DNA from: Eledone cirrhosa
Lineage: Eukaryota
Assembly (NCBI GenBank): GCA_964016885.1
Contig: OZ024740.1
Location: 181,536,001-181,600,000 of the forward strand
Direction of reading: 5' to 3'
Length of the DNA stretch: 64,000 nt
Shown here: positions 26,844 through 40,499 of the stretch, piece by piece
How the letters are laid out: each line of letters starts with the position of its first letter
Position numbering within the stretch: position 1 is the stretch's first letter
Program-made: the position numbers and the translations under genes
Notes under the pieces: generated by a model
Told to the model about the DNA's origin: nothing
What the model saw: only the letters and a program-made list of their open reading frames with translations
The model's database searches: none

Positions 26844-28185
26844 TATATTTACTTAAGACTTTTAATTATTTTAGAAAACTTGGCGATTTCTTTCGATTCC
26901 TTCAATTCTTTAAACCTTCTTCATGAATATATAATTAATAATGTAATTAAACTACCTTAAAACGGTGATGATCCAAATCTATTGAATAAAATTGTTATGC
27001 TAGATAAACTTCTAGAATAAATATAAGAGCATCTGTAGAACAACCGAGCATCCTAAAGTTTTTTTGAATGATTTCTGCTAAATAAGTTTGTTGAATAATT
27101 TTGGTTTTGTTTGCTTTTGACTCTGATTGCTTCTAATAAACTTGGCAGTATTGTCAAATAAATTGGAGGGATTGATTGATATGCTGGGCACACTGTGTTT
27201 TTATTACGGCCCTAGATATTCTGGGGAGGAAAATATTCTTGGCGTTTTTAATATTTTAATTTTTTAATATTTTAATATATTGATATCTGTTCTATTCTAT
27301 GCTTGTACGATAATCATGTAAAAAAGGGCAAGAATATTATTATTATTAATAATGTATATTTTATGTATATATATATGTATGTACACTTATGTGTATGGTA
27401 AAATCTTGTTAACGCAATGAAGAGTTCCATGTGAAATAAAAATTTACAGAGCTGATCATGTAAACTCACATGTGTCTATAATGTCAGTTTGAGATAGCCT
27501 TCTCTTTTTCTTTCTCTTTTCTCTTTTTTCATGAAAATACATATATACCTATGTATTCCAGTAGTTTTTTTTGAGGTTTTATCTCAGATTTTGATTATAA
27601 ACCTATGAATTTTTAAACTAAACATATAGTCACTATTTTTTCACACATTATTGATATGTGTCTCATTCATGAATATTGATGTTTACATTACAATTCATAG
27701 GAATTGATAGACTGATGAAACATAATATTTTAAAACTATCATTTTTGGTTCTAAGTATATCACCTCTCCCCCTCCCTTCTACTCTTATATCGGCTGGTTT
27801 AACTCTATCTCCTGTATATCACCCCTCCCCTATCTCTCCCACCTCGTATAATAGATATTACTCGATCTACCTCTCTTTATTTTGTTTTTATTTTTATTTC
27901 TCCCCGTATCCTTAACACTAAATAAATAAATAAACAAATGAATAATTACAGTACCCCCTTCCCTCATAGATCTCTCATTTGGTGATTTTCTCTTTACATA
28001 CATTTCTTCATCTTCTTCACCTTCCGCTCTTTCTTTTTCTTTTCTCCTTCTTTTTCTTTTTCCTTTTTTCTCTCCGTCTTTCTTTCTAACCGTCCTTAAC
28101 ATTTTCACTACCGTAACAACTTTTTAAATGGAAGTTGTGAACTCTAAGGTATGTCAAATTTATTTATAAAGCTGTCTATATATTG

Positions 28186-28251
28186 TATTTTATCTGAAGA
28201 GGGCATACCATATTTTTAATATGATATCCCTGAAATATATATAATGAAATA
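28186..28251 (+). ncRNA. Type I hammerhead ribozyme, canonical core
   Basis: tattttat-CTGAAGA-ggg cataccatatttttaatatgatat ccc t-GAAA-tatata-TA-atgaaata. 8-bp stem I, palindromic stem III. Confidence 0.8.
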
Positions 28252-28291
28252 AATATGGTTTTATAAATGTAATTTCCATTTGTTCAATATC

Positions 28292-28346
<55 letters not shown>

Positions 28347-28537
28347 CAGACATTTGAGGTTCTTTGAATGAACTTGAAATATATGATTCCACGTAATTTT
28401 GACGAATCCGTATACACACAAGCATTTCCCATGGTATTAAATAGCGATTAATTTCTCGACAGCTGATTAGAAAATAAGTTTACTAATGCATTTTATGATC
28501 TTAATATTTATTTGTTTCCACTTTTGCTCCTTTAATG

Positions 28538-28610
<73 letters not shown>

Positions 28611-28613
<3 letters not shown>

Positions 28614-31000
28614 CCTGATGAGTCACCTGGTCTCCCCGGACGCCTCATCGTGGCGAAGGGGTGCCAACCACTAAGCTCAATGGGCAAATAATCGGCAAAT
28701 ACAGTTTGCAGGCGTCGGGTTAGCAACCCGGAACTGCTGTAAAAATTCTAACCGCTAAAGAAACGGTACGTGATGTCAGAGTGTACCGAGGTGCGGACGT
28801 GGGCTCAGACCACCACCTAATGTGTGCGGAACTTCAGCTGCGCCCGAAGAAACGGATACGACAGGAAAGACCAAAGTCATATGCAGTGGAGAAGCTGAGG
28901 TATACCGGTCAAGCACGACTGTACAAACTGGCTCTACACAACCGAATCCAATAGTTGAGTGAGGCTGCAGATCTGGAAGATCAATGGACGATGTTCACGA
29001 CAGCGGTGACTGAGGCAGCACCAGAAACCATTGGCCGAAGACGAGGAACGAGGAGGCAAAAATGGATCCAAGAACCAACGTGAGACCTGAATGACAGACG
29101 AAAAAAGGCAAAAGTCGAGCGAGATTCTGTCAGATCGAAGGAAGACCAAAAGAAAAGAGATGCCGTATACCGCCAAATCGACGACTGGTAAAGCGAAGCT
29201 GCCGGCGAGACAAACGTGACTGACAGAAGAAAAAGTGTGCTGAGGCAGAAGAAGCTGCTGGTCGAAACGATACAAAAGTACTGTTCCGCATCGTGAGGCA
29301 GTTGACAGGAATGTCAAGCGGTGCCAGCATGCCAGTGAAGGACAAAAATGGCAAGACGTTGACCACTGGAGCGAACCAGGAGCAGAGATGGACGGAGCAC
29401 TTCCGGGAGATGCTGAACCAACCAAATCCGGTCGCCCTGATATACATGACCGCAGAGACTCCAGCAAGCACTGAGGTACTCAAAGTCTGCGAGGACCATA
29501 TCACCAAGCAAGAGACGAGAGATGCGATTAGCAGGCGTACTGGATGAGATCTCTGCCGAGCTGCTCAAATTCGGTGAGCAGAGCACGATAACGGCGTTGA
29601 CAGACTTGATGAACCACTGCTGGAAAGTTGGTCGGGTTCCCCTTGAGTGGCAGCGTGTTGTTATCGTCAAACTGCCGAAGAAGGGAAACCTGGTAGACTG
29701 CAACAACTGGCGTGGTATCACATTGCTGTCGTCTCAGGCAAGGCGTTCTGTACTGTGCTGCTGCGTGACTCCGGCAAGCTGTTGACTCTGTGCTCCGGGA
29801 GGAACAAGCCGGCTTCCGAAAAAACCGATCCTGCACGGAACAGATCTATACACTACGCAACATTCTCGAACAATGCGTTGAGCTACAACACCCTTTGGCG
29901 GTCAATTTTATATATTTCCAGAAGGCATTCGACAGTGTACACCGTGAGTCGATGTGGAATATTGCGCAACTGTACGGCATTCCTGCAAGATTCATCGCCA
30001 TTTTCAAGGCCCTGTATGAAAACTTCAGCTGCTGCGTGCGGAATGAGTCCGGTGTGACGGAGTTCTCTTGACATTATCTCCGGAGTCAAACAAGGTTGAA
30101 TTCTCTCGCCACTGTTGTTCCTGCTGGCAGCCTATTTCATACTAAGGCGAATGGATGAAGGACCCGGTCGAGAACCCCATGGAGAGGGCAGTCGAGGCTG
30201 AGGAACCTGGTATTCGCCAACGACATCGCTTTGATCCCTTAAAACAGTTCAGATCTGCAGGACCTAACAACGTCCTTACAAGAAAGTGCGAATAGATAGG
30301 CCTGAGAATCAACACCAAAAAGACCAAGGTCATGAGAATGGCCAGCAACACACGTCCAGTGATCACAGTCAACCAACAGGACCTCGAGGAAGTCCATCAC
30401 TTCACCTATCCGGGCAGCATCCTGACAAGCAGCGGCGACGCGGAGCTCGACATCAACTGTCGGATCGGCAAAGGAGTCGCAGTTTTACCGCGGCTGTGCC
30501 CCGTTTGGTCGTCTTCATGCATTAGCACCAAGAACAAGCTCCGCCTGTACAAGAGCATCCTGCTGCCGACAGTGATTTATGCGAGCGAGACCTAAAGAGT
30601 ACGGCAAAAATAGAGATGGCTGAACGCTTTCCAGCAGCGGTGACTGCGAAAGCTCCTTCGTGTGTCCTGGCGCCACCGAGTGCGAAACGAGGAGATCCTA
30701 CGGAGGGCCGAGTCGTGGACGCTACAGAGAGTGGTCATGGAGCGTCGGTGTAGTCTGATTGGCCATATTCTGCGTCTGCCAAATGAACGGCATTCGAAAA
30801 CAGCGATGAACTGGTCTCCGCCTGGCGGTAAACGGAGTTGGGGGTTGCCCAAGTATCACCTGGCGACGAACGTTCCGGAAGCACCTGATGGCAGTCAACA
30901 TCACCTGGCACGGTCTCGAAAAAGTTGCCACTGATCGTGACCGTTGGCGCGTACTTACTGCTCGATGCGCCGAACGGCGCGGAAGAATCTAAGACTAAGC
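28611..31000 (+). mobile_element. RTE-clade LINE, degraded, with most of the APE domain deleted
   Basis: APE end VRVYRGADVGSDHHL (about 28775-28820); RT motifs KLPKKGNLVDCNNWRGITLLS, LREEQAGFRKNRSC, KAFDSVHR, GVKQG, SILLPTVIYASET; ctaagactaag tail; (TA)n flanks. Confidence 0.92.
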
Positions 31001-31057
31001 CATATATATGTATATATATATATTTAAAAGAATAGAGGTGTAACACACAAGTTATTA

Positions 31058-31572
31058 TATATTGGTAAACGGAATAGAAAATGCTGACACATTGTTCACA
31101 GTGAAAAATAGTTTAATTAGGAATAAGTGAGAATTAGTAATTGTATTGGTTAGTATTCAGTTTTGGTTTTAAGTTTTACCGGTTGCGCATTTCTAATGCT
31201 TTTCAAAAATAATTTTGAGATAGAGCGTCCGTGATATTTGCTCTGATCTGATTAGTTTTGGGGATTCTACCTGTTTTTATGTTAAAAAAGTGGCTGCAGC
31301 GGTATTAAAATAGGTTTTGCGCCAATTCGTGTTGCAAAAATTCTTGTGGTCAAAACAATTTTGATTGTTCGGTAGAGGTCATGTGAATTTAAAATATTGA
31401 TTTTGCGCCAAATGTAGGTTTGTGTCGGCTGACTGAGAAATGACTCTTTCACAACAAATATGTGTGTGTGTGTGTGTGTGTAGTAGTAGTGAAGTGTTCG
31501 TTGTTGTGATAATGGTTAGCAGGGATGTGTGTGCGAACCGCAGCCTGTTGACAGTTGAAATGCCTATTAAAA

Positions 31573-31631
<59 letters not shown>

Positions 31632-31750
31632 CAGAGTATTTCGTGGTAGAGGGATGGTCAGTAGGAATGTGTCTGTAAGTGAGTGGGGGATATTTTAACA
31701 TGTTAAAAGATATTTTTCAGCTCTTGTCTTATACGGAGAAGTGTGTGTGT

Positions 31751-31782
<32 letters not shown>

Positions 31783-32599
31783 AGCAGAGTAATTCGTGGT
31801 AGAGGGATGGTCAGTAGGAATGTGTCTGTAAGTCAGTGGGGGATATGTTAACATGTTAACAGATATTTTTCAGCTCTTGTCTTATACGGAGAAGTGTGTG
31901 TGTGTGTGTGTGCGTATATGTCTCTTTGTATGTTAATGTACGCGTGTGTATGTGTGTGTATATATATGTGTGTGTGTGTGAGAGAATGTGTGTGTGCCTG
32001 TGTGTGGGTTGACCAGTATTTTTTTCCCTGGTAAAATGGTGTACATTATTCGATATTTTCAGTAAAATCGATTCTCTCAATAGAACATCAAAAACCTTAA
32101 TAATAAAAGGTGTGAAATGATATTCACTATATATATATATATTCACTATATATATATATATTTTTTTTTTGTGTGTTTACCCATAGAACATGTGTGTTTA
32201 CGTATGTCATTGTGTTTATATGTGGGTAGAGATGTGTGCTGATGTAGATATGTATGTTGACGTGTGTATGTTGTGGGTTCGTCTTAGGGAGAAGTGTTTA
32301 GACGGGGTCCGTATTTGTTAATAAAGTAAGATTTCTTGCTGATGCGCTGGGTGTGGGTGGCATTATCTTTAAATTTGTAGAGGGGAAATATTCTGAAGTT
32401 GGGATGATTTTGGGCGGCACAGGTATCAATGTATTCACTCAGTGGTATTTTCCTGTATTCCCGTATTTTAATTTAAAACTTTAATTAAAAACTTAAAACT
32501 GAAACTGAATACTAACCAATACAATTACTAATTCTCACTTATTCCTAATTAAACTATTTTTCACTGTGAAGAATTTGTCAGCATTTTCTATTCCGTTTA

Positions 32600-32605
<6 letters not shown>
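31058..32605 (-). mobile_element. PLE 3' remnant (GIY-YIG C-terminus + long 3' region) with about 115-bp inverted terminal copy
   Basis: Minus 32295-32446 translates PLSEYIDTCAAQNHPNFRIFPLYK...SYFINKYGPRLN. 31058-31170 is the reverse complement of about 32490-32605. Internal direct repeat of about 153-bp period (31628, 31781). Confidence 0.7.
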
Positions 32606-32640
<35 letters not shown>

Positions 32641-32708
32641 ATATATCTGCATATCTATATATTTGTTTTCATTGTTAATATATATGCGTGTATGTGTGTT
32701 TACATATG

Positions 32709-32795
<87 letters not shown>

Positions 32796-32800
32796 GTGTA

Positions 32801-32846
<46 letters not shown>

Positions 32847-33838
32847 TGTGTGTGTGTGTGTGTGCGTGTGAGTGTGCGTGTGAGTGTGTGTGTACGAGAC
32901 ACATATTCAAATATTTGTTCAAATAGTAAATTCATATTCATATTTTCAATTTTCTTTTTTGAGTTCCGAAGAAAATCATTCCGGAATGAATTCATATAAG
33001 ATAGTGAAGACATGCAATATATCATACATGCATTGTCAAAATAGTGGATATCTTGCTGATAAATGTAGAAAAATAAAAAGAGACTTAAATAAATGAAATT
33101 AGGAATTTTAACAACAGGTTGTAGTTTTATGTTTTTATATTTATTGTCGAGCCAGAGAAACAAATACAAAAGTTTATTCTCCACTTCAGCCACCACCTAC
33201 GTTAAGCATATTAGTGTTTTAGTGTTGTTAGATCATACAGCTCTTTTAAGAGCAATTTTTGGCGCCGGAGACAACATAAAAATGTAACCGAAAGGAAGAT
33301 ATGCAGAACAGATGAATACAAACATGTATTTCTATTTGAACACCATTTAAAAATGTCTAATGACAAGACATGAGTGTAAATGACATACTTAACAATAGGA
33401 AGGAGATATAGGGATCTTCACCCAAATAAGATACATAAAATAGTCGCAGAGTAGCGAAAATGAAGCTGTTGCTGTCGAGGTCAGAGAAAGAAAACAAGTC
33501 AAACAAGGGCCGGAACGAATTATTGCAGAACAGCATGCATAGTAAGGAGAAAGATAGATAGAGAAAAAAAGTAGAATCGACAGATGAACAGAAGGAAAAG
33601 AGAGAAACAAAAACGGAAAAGGTGTATAAATAGAAAAGAAAATGGTTGTAGTTGTCGTACAAGTGAATGCTAGTTAAATTACATCATATGAACTGTTACC
33701 ACTATAAGAATGATATACAAATGTAAACAGCCTACTTATAAACCCACACTTAAGCACACATAGTCATACTCACATATAAACACGCACACAAACACAGACA
33801 CACAGACACACAGACACACACACATACACACACACACA

Positions 33839-33882
<44 letters not shown>

Positions 33883-34704
33883 AACCTCGAACCTTTGAAT
33901 CACCATTCTTAATATTAAAGAGTAATAGTAAAATAATAAACACCAGAAAGATCATTCTTATCATGTTTAAAATATATACGACTGTACCACTTTTATTTCT
34001 GCTGTGTGTCTGTGTGTGTGTGAGCATGGGTGCGTATGCGTGTGGGTGTGGGCGTGCGTGCGTGTGTATATGTGTGATGACTAAAGGTATCCAAAGAAAT
34101 TCTTTTATCCAATACTTAATCCTCAGATTTGTAACTCCGTGAAATGTATTCCTGGTCATGTTTAATATACATACATCAATCATCATAAGCCCATAACCAC
34201 CTATCGCATTGTGGAGAGAAGTTCTGTACAAGACTTAGACATGGATTACTTTCAGTAGTTATTTCTTACATGGGCCTAAGTCCAGAAATGTAGAGTGCAG
34301 GGGAGAGTCGATTAAATCAATGTTAGTACTTTAATAGTAATTTATTACGTCGAACCCGAGAGGATGAGACGAAACGTTGACTACAGAGAGATTTGAACTC
34401 AACATACACAAAATACAAAAGAGGCATTTTATACACATCTCTACCAATCTCGCTAATCCACTACACTTAGTAGGGATAGCAATACAACAAATACAAATTA
34501 ATACAATGACTACTATATTTTATGTGTCAACAAAGTAGGAAATGATGGCATTGGTGCCTTTCTTAAAGGGCGCGTAACTGGAGTGAAATATACACATTTA
34601 CCAGATATTAAAATTGCAGCAATGATTCAAATCATATAAAACATAAGTCTCACTCATTTGGAATTTATCTGTCATTCGCACAATGTCTTGCTAGAATATT
34701 GCCT

Positions 34705-34915
34705 TCTGATTTAGGCACAAGACCAACAATTTTGGAGGAAGGAGAAAGTCGATTAAATCGGCCATAGCACATTACTGGTACTTTATTTGTAGATCCCGTA
34801 AGGATGAAAGGAAAGGCTAACATCGGCGAGATTTCAACTCAGAACGTAGAGCACGAAACTATATACCTTAAAGCAGGGTGTCAGGTACTCTACCAATACT
34901 GCCAATAAACAGCTT
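34705..34915 (-). mobile_element. SINE copy (an older copy lies at about 34270-34460)
   Basis: Reverse complement of the SINE core and B-box. Confidence 0.85.
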
Positions 34916-35889
34916 ACAATATTAAACATAATATTCAACATTTGCCAACACATTTTGAACAGTAGCAGCAACCGTACCCTTCAATATAATATTACTTCCT
35001 AAATACAGGACTTAATATTGTTTATTGATTTCTCTATGATGAAAGTTAAAACTATCCTCAGCCTCAGTAGGTTCTGAACATGGAACAAAGAAGAATAAAA
35101 TGAAATCCTGCAATATTTATTCGGATATTCTAAAGCTTATGCTATCATCAATTGTGTTAATATATTATATATACTTTTTTAGAACCATAAAGGAATATAT
35201 CATAATTTGAACTTTGTGACTTCCTGGAAATTCAATGTTAGACATAAAAATAACAATCACAAGAGCAGCAACATCAACAACTTAAACATGTTTGAATGAT
35301 ACATGTTTTCTTGTCAAAGTAATTTATAAGAATCAGTTAAGAATTATAAAATGAAAAAAGTCAATTTGGATGTAATAAATATAATAAAAGTTAATCTGCT
35401 TTATCTCCAGGCAGCTTGGCAAAACATGAAGCAGAAAAAGAATAATAATTAAATTGAAAACTTATAATGTGTTTTTTACGCAACAAATATATATTGCTTT
35501 GTAAATGCACGTTCTTCGGAGAAAACTCGATCGGGAAAAATAAAAAAATTAAATTAATTGAAATTTCTGGCTAGACAAGGGTTAAAAAAGTATTTATATA
35601 TAACTATATATGTGGTTTCTACTAGACGTTTAATCCTTTTTTTATGAGTTTCGGTGAACATTTTCTTCTCTTCAATTGTTGTCATACAGACAAGAATCTT
35701 AACTTAAGCATTCGGTAAAATTAATTTTCTTAACTTGATGTGACGACGAAGAATATGTACTGCTTGTAAAGCTTGTCCTGTGAATTTATTCAACTCCTGT
35801 CTTTCATAATTTCCAATTATCTATGTGTCTTCATCTATCATAAAATTTCACTACGTATTGAATCAAACAAACCCACGTGAAAAAAAAAA

Positions 35890-36345
35890 AAAATCTTCTT
35901 GAATGACTCCACTTGCTTCAGTGGATCTCAAAGTGCATTGCTCAGGTTTCCTTGTCAGCAAGAGTGTCTTAGTTTTCACAGCACTAATTTGTATTCCTGC
36001 TGTGTAGCATTCCTCAGCAAACCTATGATGTGCAAATTCGAGTTCCCTTTCTGGCGATACCATGTCATCAGCAACTTTCTACCGAACGATCCTACATTCG
36101 CCCGCAGTCATGATATCAATTTCGACCTGGTTGTGCATATTAATCCTGTTTATAAAGATTATAAACAGAAGAGATGAGAGTGCCAAACCTTGCCAAAGTC
36201 CAATAACTAAATTGAGTAGTTTCAACAGGACCATCTATTCAAACACAAATTGTAAGTTATTCGTATATAGACACCAGGGCAACAAGAAGCTGTTCATCGA
36301 TCTCATACTACTGAAGAAACTTCCACAACTTCTCCCGCTCTGATA
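35890..36345 (-). pseudogene. Old RTE-like RT fragment
   Basis: GLWQG.ALSSLLFIIFINRI, ADDMV, FAEEC..AG.QIS..KT. Confidence 0.6.
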
Positions 36346-37133
36346 TCAGTTTTAACATCTTATCCATTCGTCATAGATAAAATAAGCTACCAGTAGAGAA
36401 CGGTTAATTGGCGGAATTTTTAGAGCGTCAGACATGACGCTTTGCGGCATTTGTTCCTACTCCTTGCATTTTGACTAACATATGTTGAACTCACATCGTT
36501 TCTCTGTTTAATAGCCACGCTTTGACTTTGGGTGCTTTGAGCAGAATTAATTTGGTGCAAGCATTAGAATCGAGTCTCCAGGTTCAAGATAACTGCCTCC
36601 TACCAAAATCATTCTCGATGTCCCTGAACAAAGGTTTTTTTTTTTCTTATAGATTCTTCTTCTTCATTCAGCATTAAAGCAATGAATTTGTTAATGCAAA
36701 TTCGTAGAGAAAAGAGCACCACATCAGAAAGACTACTTTTTATAGGTCACAAATAGTAAGGGAAAATTTTTTAAAAAGGCTATATCTAATTAATGCGGCA
36801 GTAAAATAATTTTTTCTATAAAATCAAACACGGAACAGATTATGTTTTATTGGATTAAAAATAACTGTTAGAAATAAGTAAATGTTTCAATCCAATTTAA
36901 ATGTTATACTATAAATAAACAAAATATTTTTAAAATACAAAGAGTAGAAACGAAGAAGTGTATTAAGAAAAAATGAAATAGAATCGCAGATTGAAACTTC
37001 ACAATTTATTTCTATTCTTAACATTTCACAAGAAAACTGGAAGCGAAATTTTTTTTTATTTTACATTCATGCTTACGTTCTCGCTTTCCTTTCTTTTTCT
37101 CTCTTTCCTTGAATTAGTTATATAAATATATAT

Positions 37134-37241
<108 letters not shown>

Positions 37242-37275
37242 ATATATATGATAAGAGGGTGTTAAAGTTTGTATG

Positions 37276-37345
<70 letters not shown>

Positions 37346-37938
37346 GAAGAAGATGTATCAGTTAATACATTCCTAGCATTAAATCAATAAATACTATGAC
37401 AGACTATAGATGTTTCGGGAAATCGTTTGCTGTTGACCAATTCCAGACATAACGACCTTGAAATGATTCTAAATTTAAGAGATCTTCAAGAAAACATAAA
37501 ACGGAGAAGTAAATATTATTGATCGATAAAAGATTTTATTTGTCATAGAAGTTTTCTCGGAACTTAGATGGTATTTCTTCAGAATATATAACATTTTTGT
37601 TCCCCAGTTTGGCTACTTTCTTTACTACAGTTTTTAATTGTATTGATACAATAAGATAAGTATTCTGAGTGACAAAACTAAAGATGAGTTCTGATGTCAG
37701 ATCAAACTTTTACTTACGACATACGATCTTTATTTTCCAGATTTTATTGACTGAGAGGCGCCAACGAGGCCTATCAATAGCTTCATTCGATATTACTTAT
37801 TTTTTCTTTATTTGCAGCAATAGGTTTAGTTCTTACCTCTCACTACTAGACTAAAATTGACGATAAGCACTATTTCTAACGTAAACGAAACACACACGCA
37901 CACACACACGCACACACACACGCATACACACACACACA

Positions 37939-38027
<89 letters not shown>

Positions 38028-38069
38028 ATATATATATAGAAGTTAGTTCCACAAGAGTTAAACCATTTT

Positions 38070-38107
38070 CGAGGACACGTGTTTCACCTTGCGGATCTTC
38101 GAACTCG
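38070..38107 (-). ncRNA. Hammerhead-like motif with aberrant core
   Basis: cgag-TTCGAAGA-tcc gcaa ggt-GAAA-cacgtg-TC-ctcg, in an island of about 90 bp between microsatellites. Confidence 0.5.
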
Positions 38108-38276
38108 TCCCATGGACTAAGTGCGCATATATATATATATATATATATATTGGGCTTAGTGATGGCTTTCCATTGAATGGAGTAGTCTACACATGAGTCC
38201 TTCAGGGACCGTACGTGGCTCGCGAGTTTCCTGGATGAACGTCTGTCCGGTATCTACCTGTTATAGTAGGGTGCCG

Positions 38277-40365
38277 CCCTGTCAAAGATAGCCTTATTAG
38301 AGGAGAGGTTTGAGATTATAGTACTGATATTATTTACGAAGTTTCTAAAAACAGTGGGAGGCTGGCATGAGTCCTTGTAATTGTAATTGAGTTTTTCGTT
38401 TAACTTATGGAAGGGTATGTATGTGTGTGTGCGAAGGTCTAAATTAATGTCTAAGAAATCTACGCTAGAGATGTTGGTAGCTACTGTTAGACATTGAAGG
38501 TAGAAGCTAAGTCTTTTTTAAACCGGTCAAGGTCGTGACCACTTTTATGGCTCGTTAAGGTCAGTCCATCGTCGCGGTATATTCCCGTGTGGAAGTCCGG
38601 GAATCTAACACGTAATATGTCTAAAATAAATAGGCCAACCAAGTCGCATACATCAGCACTGTCAAACGATCCCATGGAGACGTCGAATAGGTCTGAAGTT
38701 GTAGACTTCTTTGCACAGGCTACTCCGTCGTTGAAGAGGAGGGTTTTTCGGCAGTGAGCGATGATTTCCCTATCTAAACCATCGACGGAGGTGTAAGTGG
38801 TAGCGAAGTCCAACGCTTTGTTTAACAGGGTCTCTGAGATCGACGGGTAAAGATCGACAATGTCAAACTGTGAACTTCGCTTTTGGGGATTTTAATGAGA
38901 TAAACCACTTAATTACGGAGTCGCTGTTCTCCCACTGGGGCAGGTTGGACTTGGTCCTAATGGTCTTAACCACTTACACCACCGTCGATGGTTTAGACAG
39001 GAAAATCATCGCTCACTGCCGAAAAGCCCTCGTCTTCAACGACGGAGTAGCCAAGAAGTCTTCAACTTCAGACCTATTCGACATCTCCATGGGATCGTTT
39101 GACAGTGCTGACGTATGCGACTTCCTTGGCATATTTATTCTAGACATAATACGTGTTAGATTCCCGGATTTCCACACGGGAATATACCGCGACGATGGAC
39201 TGACCGTATCGACCAATAAAAGTGGTCACGACATCGACCTGTTTAAAAAAAGACTTAGCTTCTACCTTCAATATGTTAGGACTTAGGATAACAGTAGCTA
39301 CCAACCTCTCTAGCGTAGATTTCTTAGACATTAATTTAGACCTTCTCACACACACCTACAGACGCTTCCATAAGCTAAACGAAAAACTCAATTACATTCA
39401 CAAGGACTCATGCCACCCTCCCACTGTTTTTAGAAACTTCGTAAATAATATCAGTACTAGAATCTCAAACCTCTCCTCTAATGAGGCTATCTTTGACAGG
39501 GTGACTTCCTCTATAACACGGCGTTAGCTAACAGCGGCTTCTCTTACACTCCCACTATCAACAAGAGCAATAAGAAAAGAAAGCTTAAAAATAGACAAAC
39601 TATCTGGTTCTCTCCTCCCTTATCACTCAACGTTAAAGCCAATATAGGCAAAAAATGTCTAGCCCTCTTAGATAGATATTTTCCCATAGTTCATAAATAC
39701 CGCTCCATCTTTAACCGACACAAAGTAAAACTAGGATTCTCCTGCGCTAAGAACATGATGGCCCACATCACCAGCAGCCCAAGGAGCAACACCTCACCAG
39801 GGTGCTCTTGCCGTGAGCCCAAAGCTTGTCCCCTTCAACAGCAATGCAACACACCCGCTGTAAATTATGAAGCTGTGGTCACTTCCAACCGACAAAATCT
39901 ACCACAGGAGGTCAAATCCTATGTGGGTATAGCGGAGAGCCGATTTAAGGAACGTTTCCTGAACCACCAGTCGACCTTTAATTACGTGTGGACTATGTAT
40001 TGATGAACGAATAAATATTCTAAAGAGATTATGCACTAGTAAGTGCCTAAACACGAGAAATGAATTCTTCACACGTTGTCCACACGTCTCGAAACACCTC
40101 TTGAATAACTACAAAGCTCCGGATTGAATTACAACATCATAATTTTCTTATCAACTAGAAACTTTTCGGACTTTCGCAGTTATCTCCCTTACACGTCCCG
40201 CAGGCATTTTAGTATTGCCTGTGTAAAGTGACCGGTTTCTGCGCATGCGCGTTCGTACGGTTTTACTTCCTGTTCAGTATAACTATGTCCATTATGAGCT
40301 GAGGATCCGCTAAGGTGAAACAATTGTTCTCAGTATGGTGAACTAACTATTGTCTAACCACTTCT
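38277..40365 (+). mobile_element. Degraded PLE (38968-40365, +) preceded by an inverted RT segment (38277-38967, -)
   Basis: FDISMGSFDSADVCD, GIYRDDGL, DFLDINL, CSCREPKACPL, SYVGIAESRFKER. Inverted arms about 38277-38801 and 38968-39501. Confidence 0.88.
40289..40338 (+). ncRNA. Minimal type I hammerhead ribozyme in a PLE 3' end
   Basis: ccattatgag-CTGAGGA-tcc gctaa ggt-GAAA-caattg-TT-ctcagtatgg. Confidence 0.8.
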
Positions 40366-40427
40366 ACCTAACTCGTCCCAAGGACTGAGTGCTCTACCAC
40401 TAAGGATATTACCTTCCACTGTTCTAC

Positions 40428-40499
<72 letters not shown>

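Larger units (their letters stand above)
23504..28294. mobile_element. 5'-truncated PLE forming a 4.8-kb fold-back (arms about 2.23 kb)
   Basis: 23504-25736 is the reverse complement of 26059-28294 with only scattered differences. The 322-bp spacer holds the RT C-terminus. Confidence 0.95.

Noticed and set aside
28615-28645. CTGATGA followed by a gtc..gac stem at the RTE 5' end
   Set aside because: No GAAA or stem III follows, so it is not a hammerhead.
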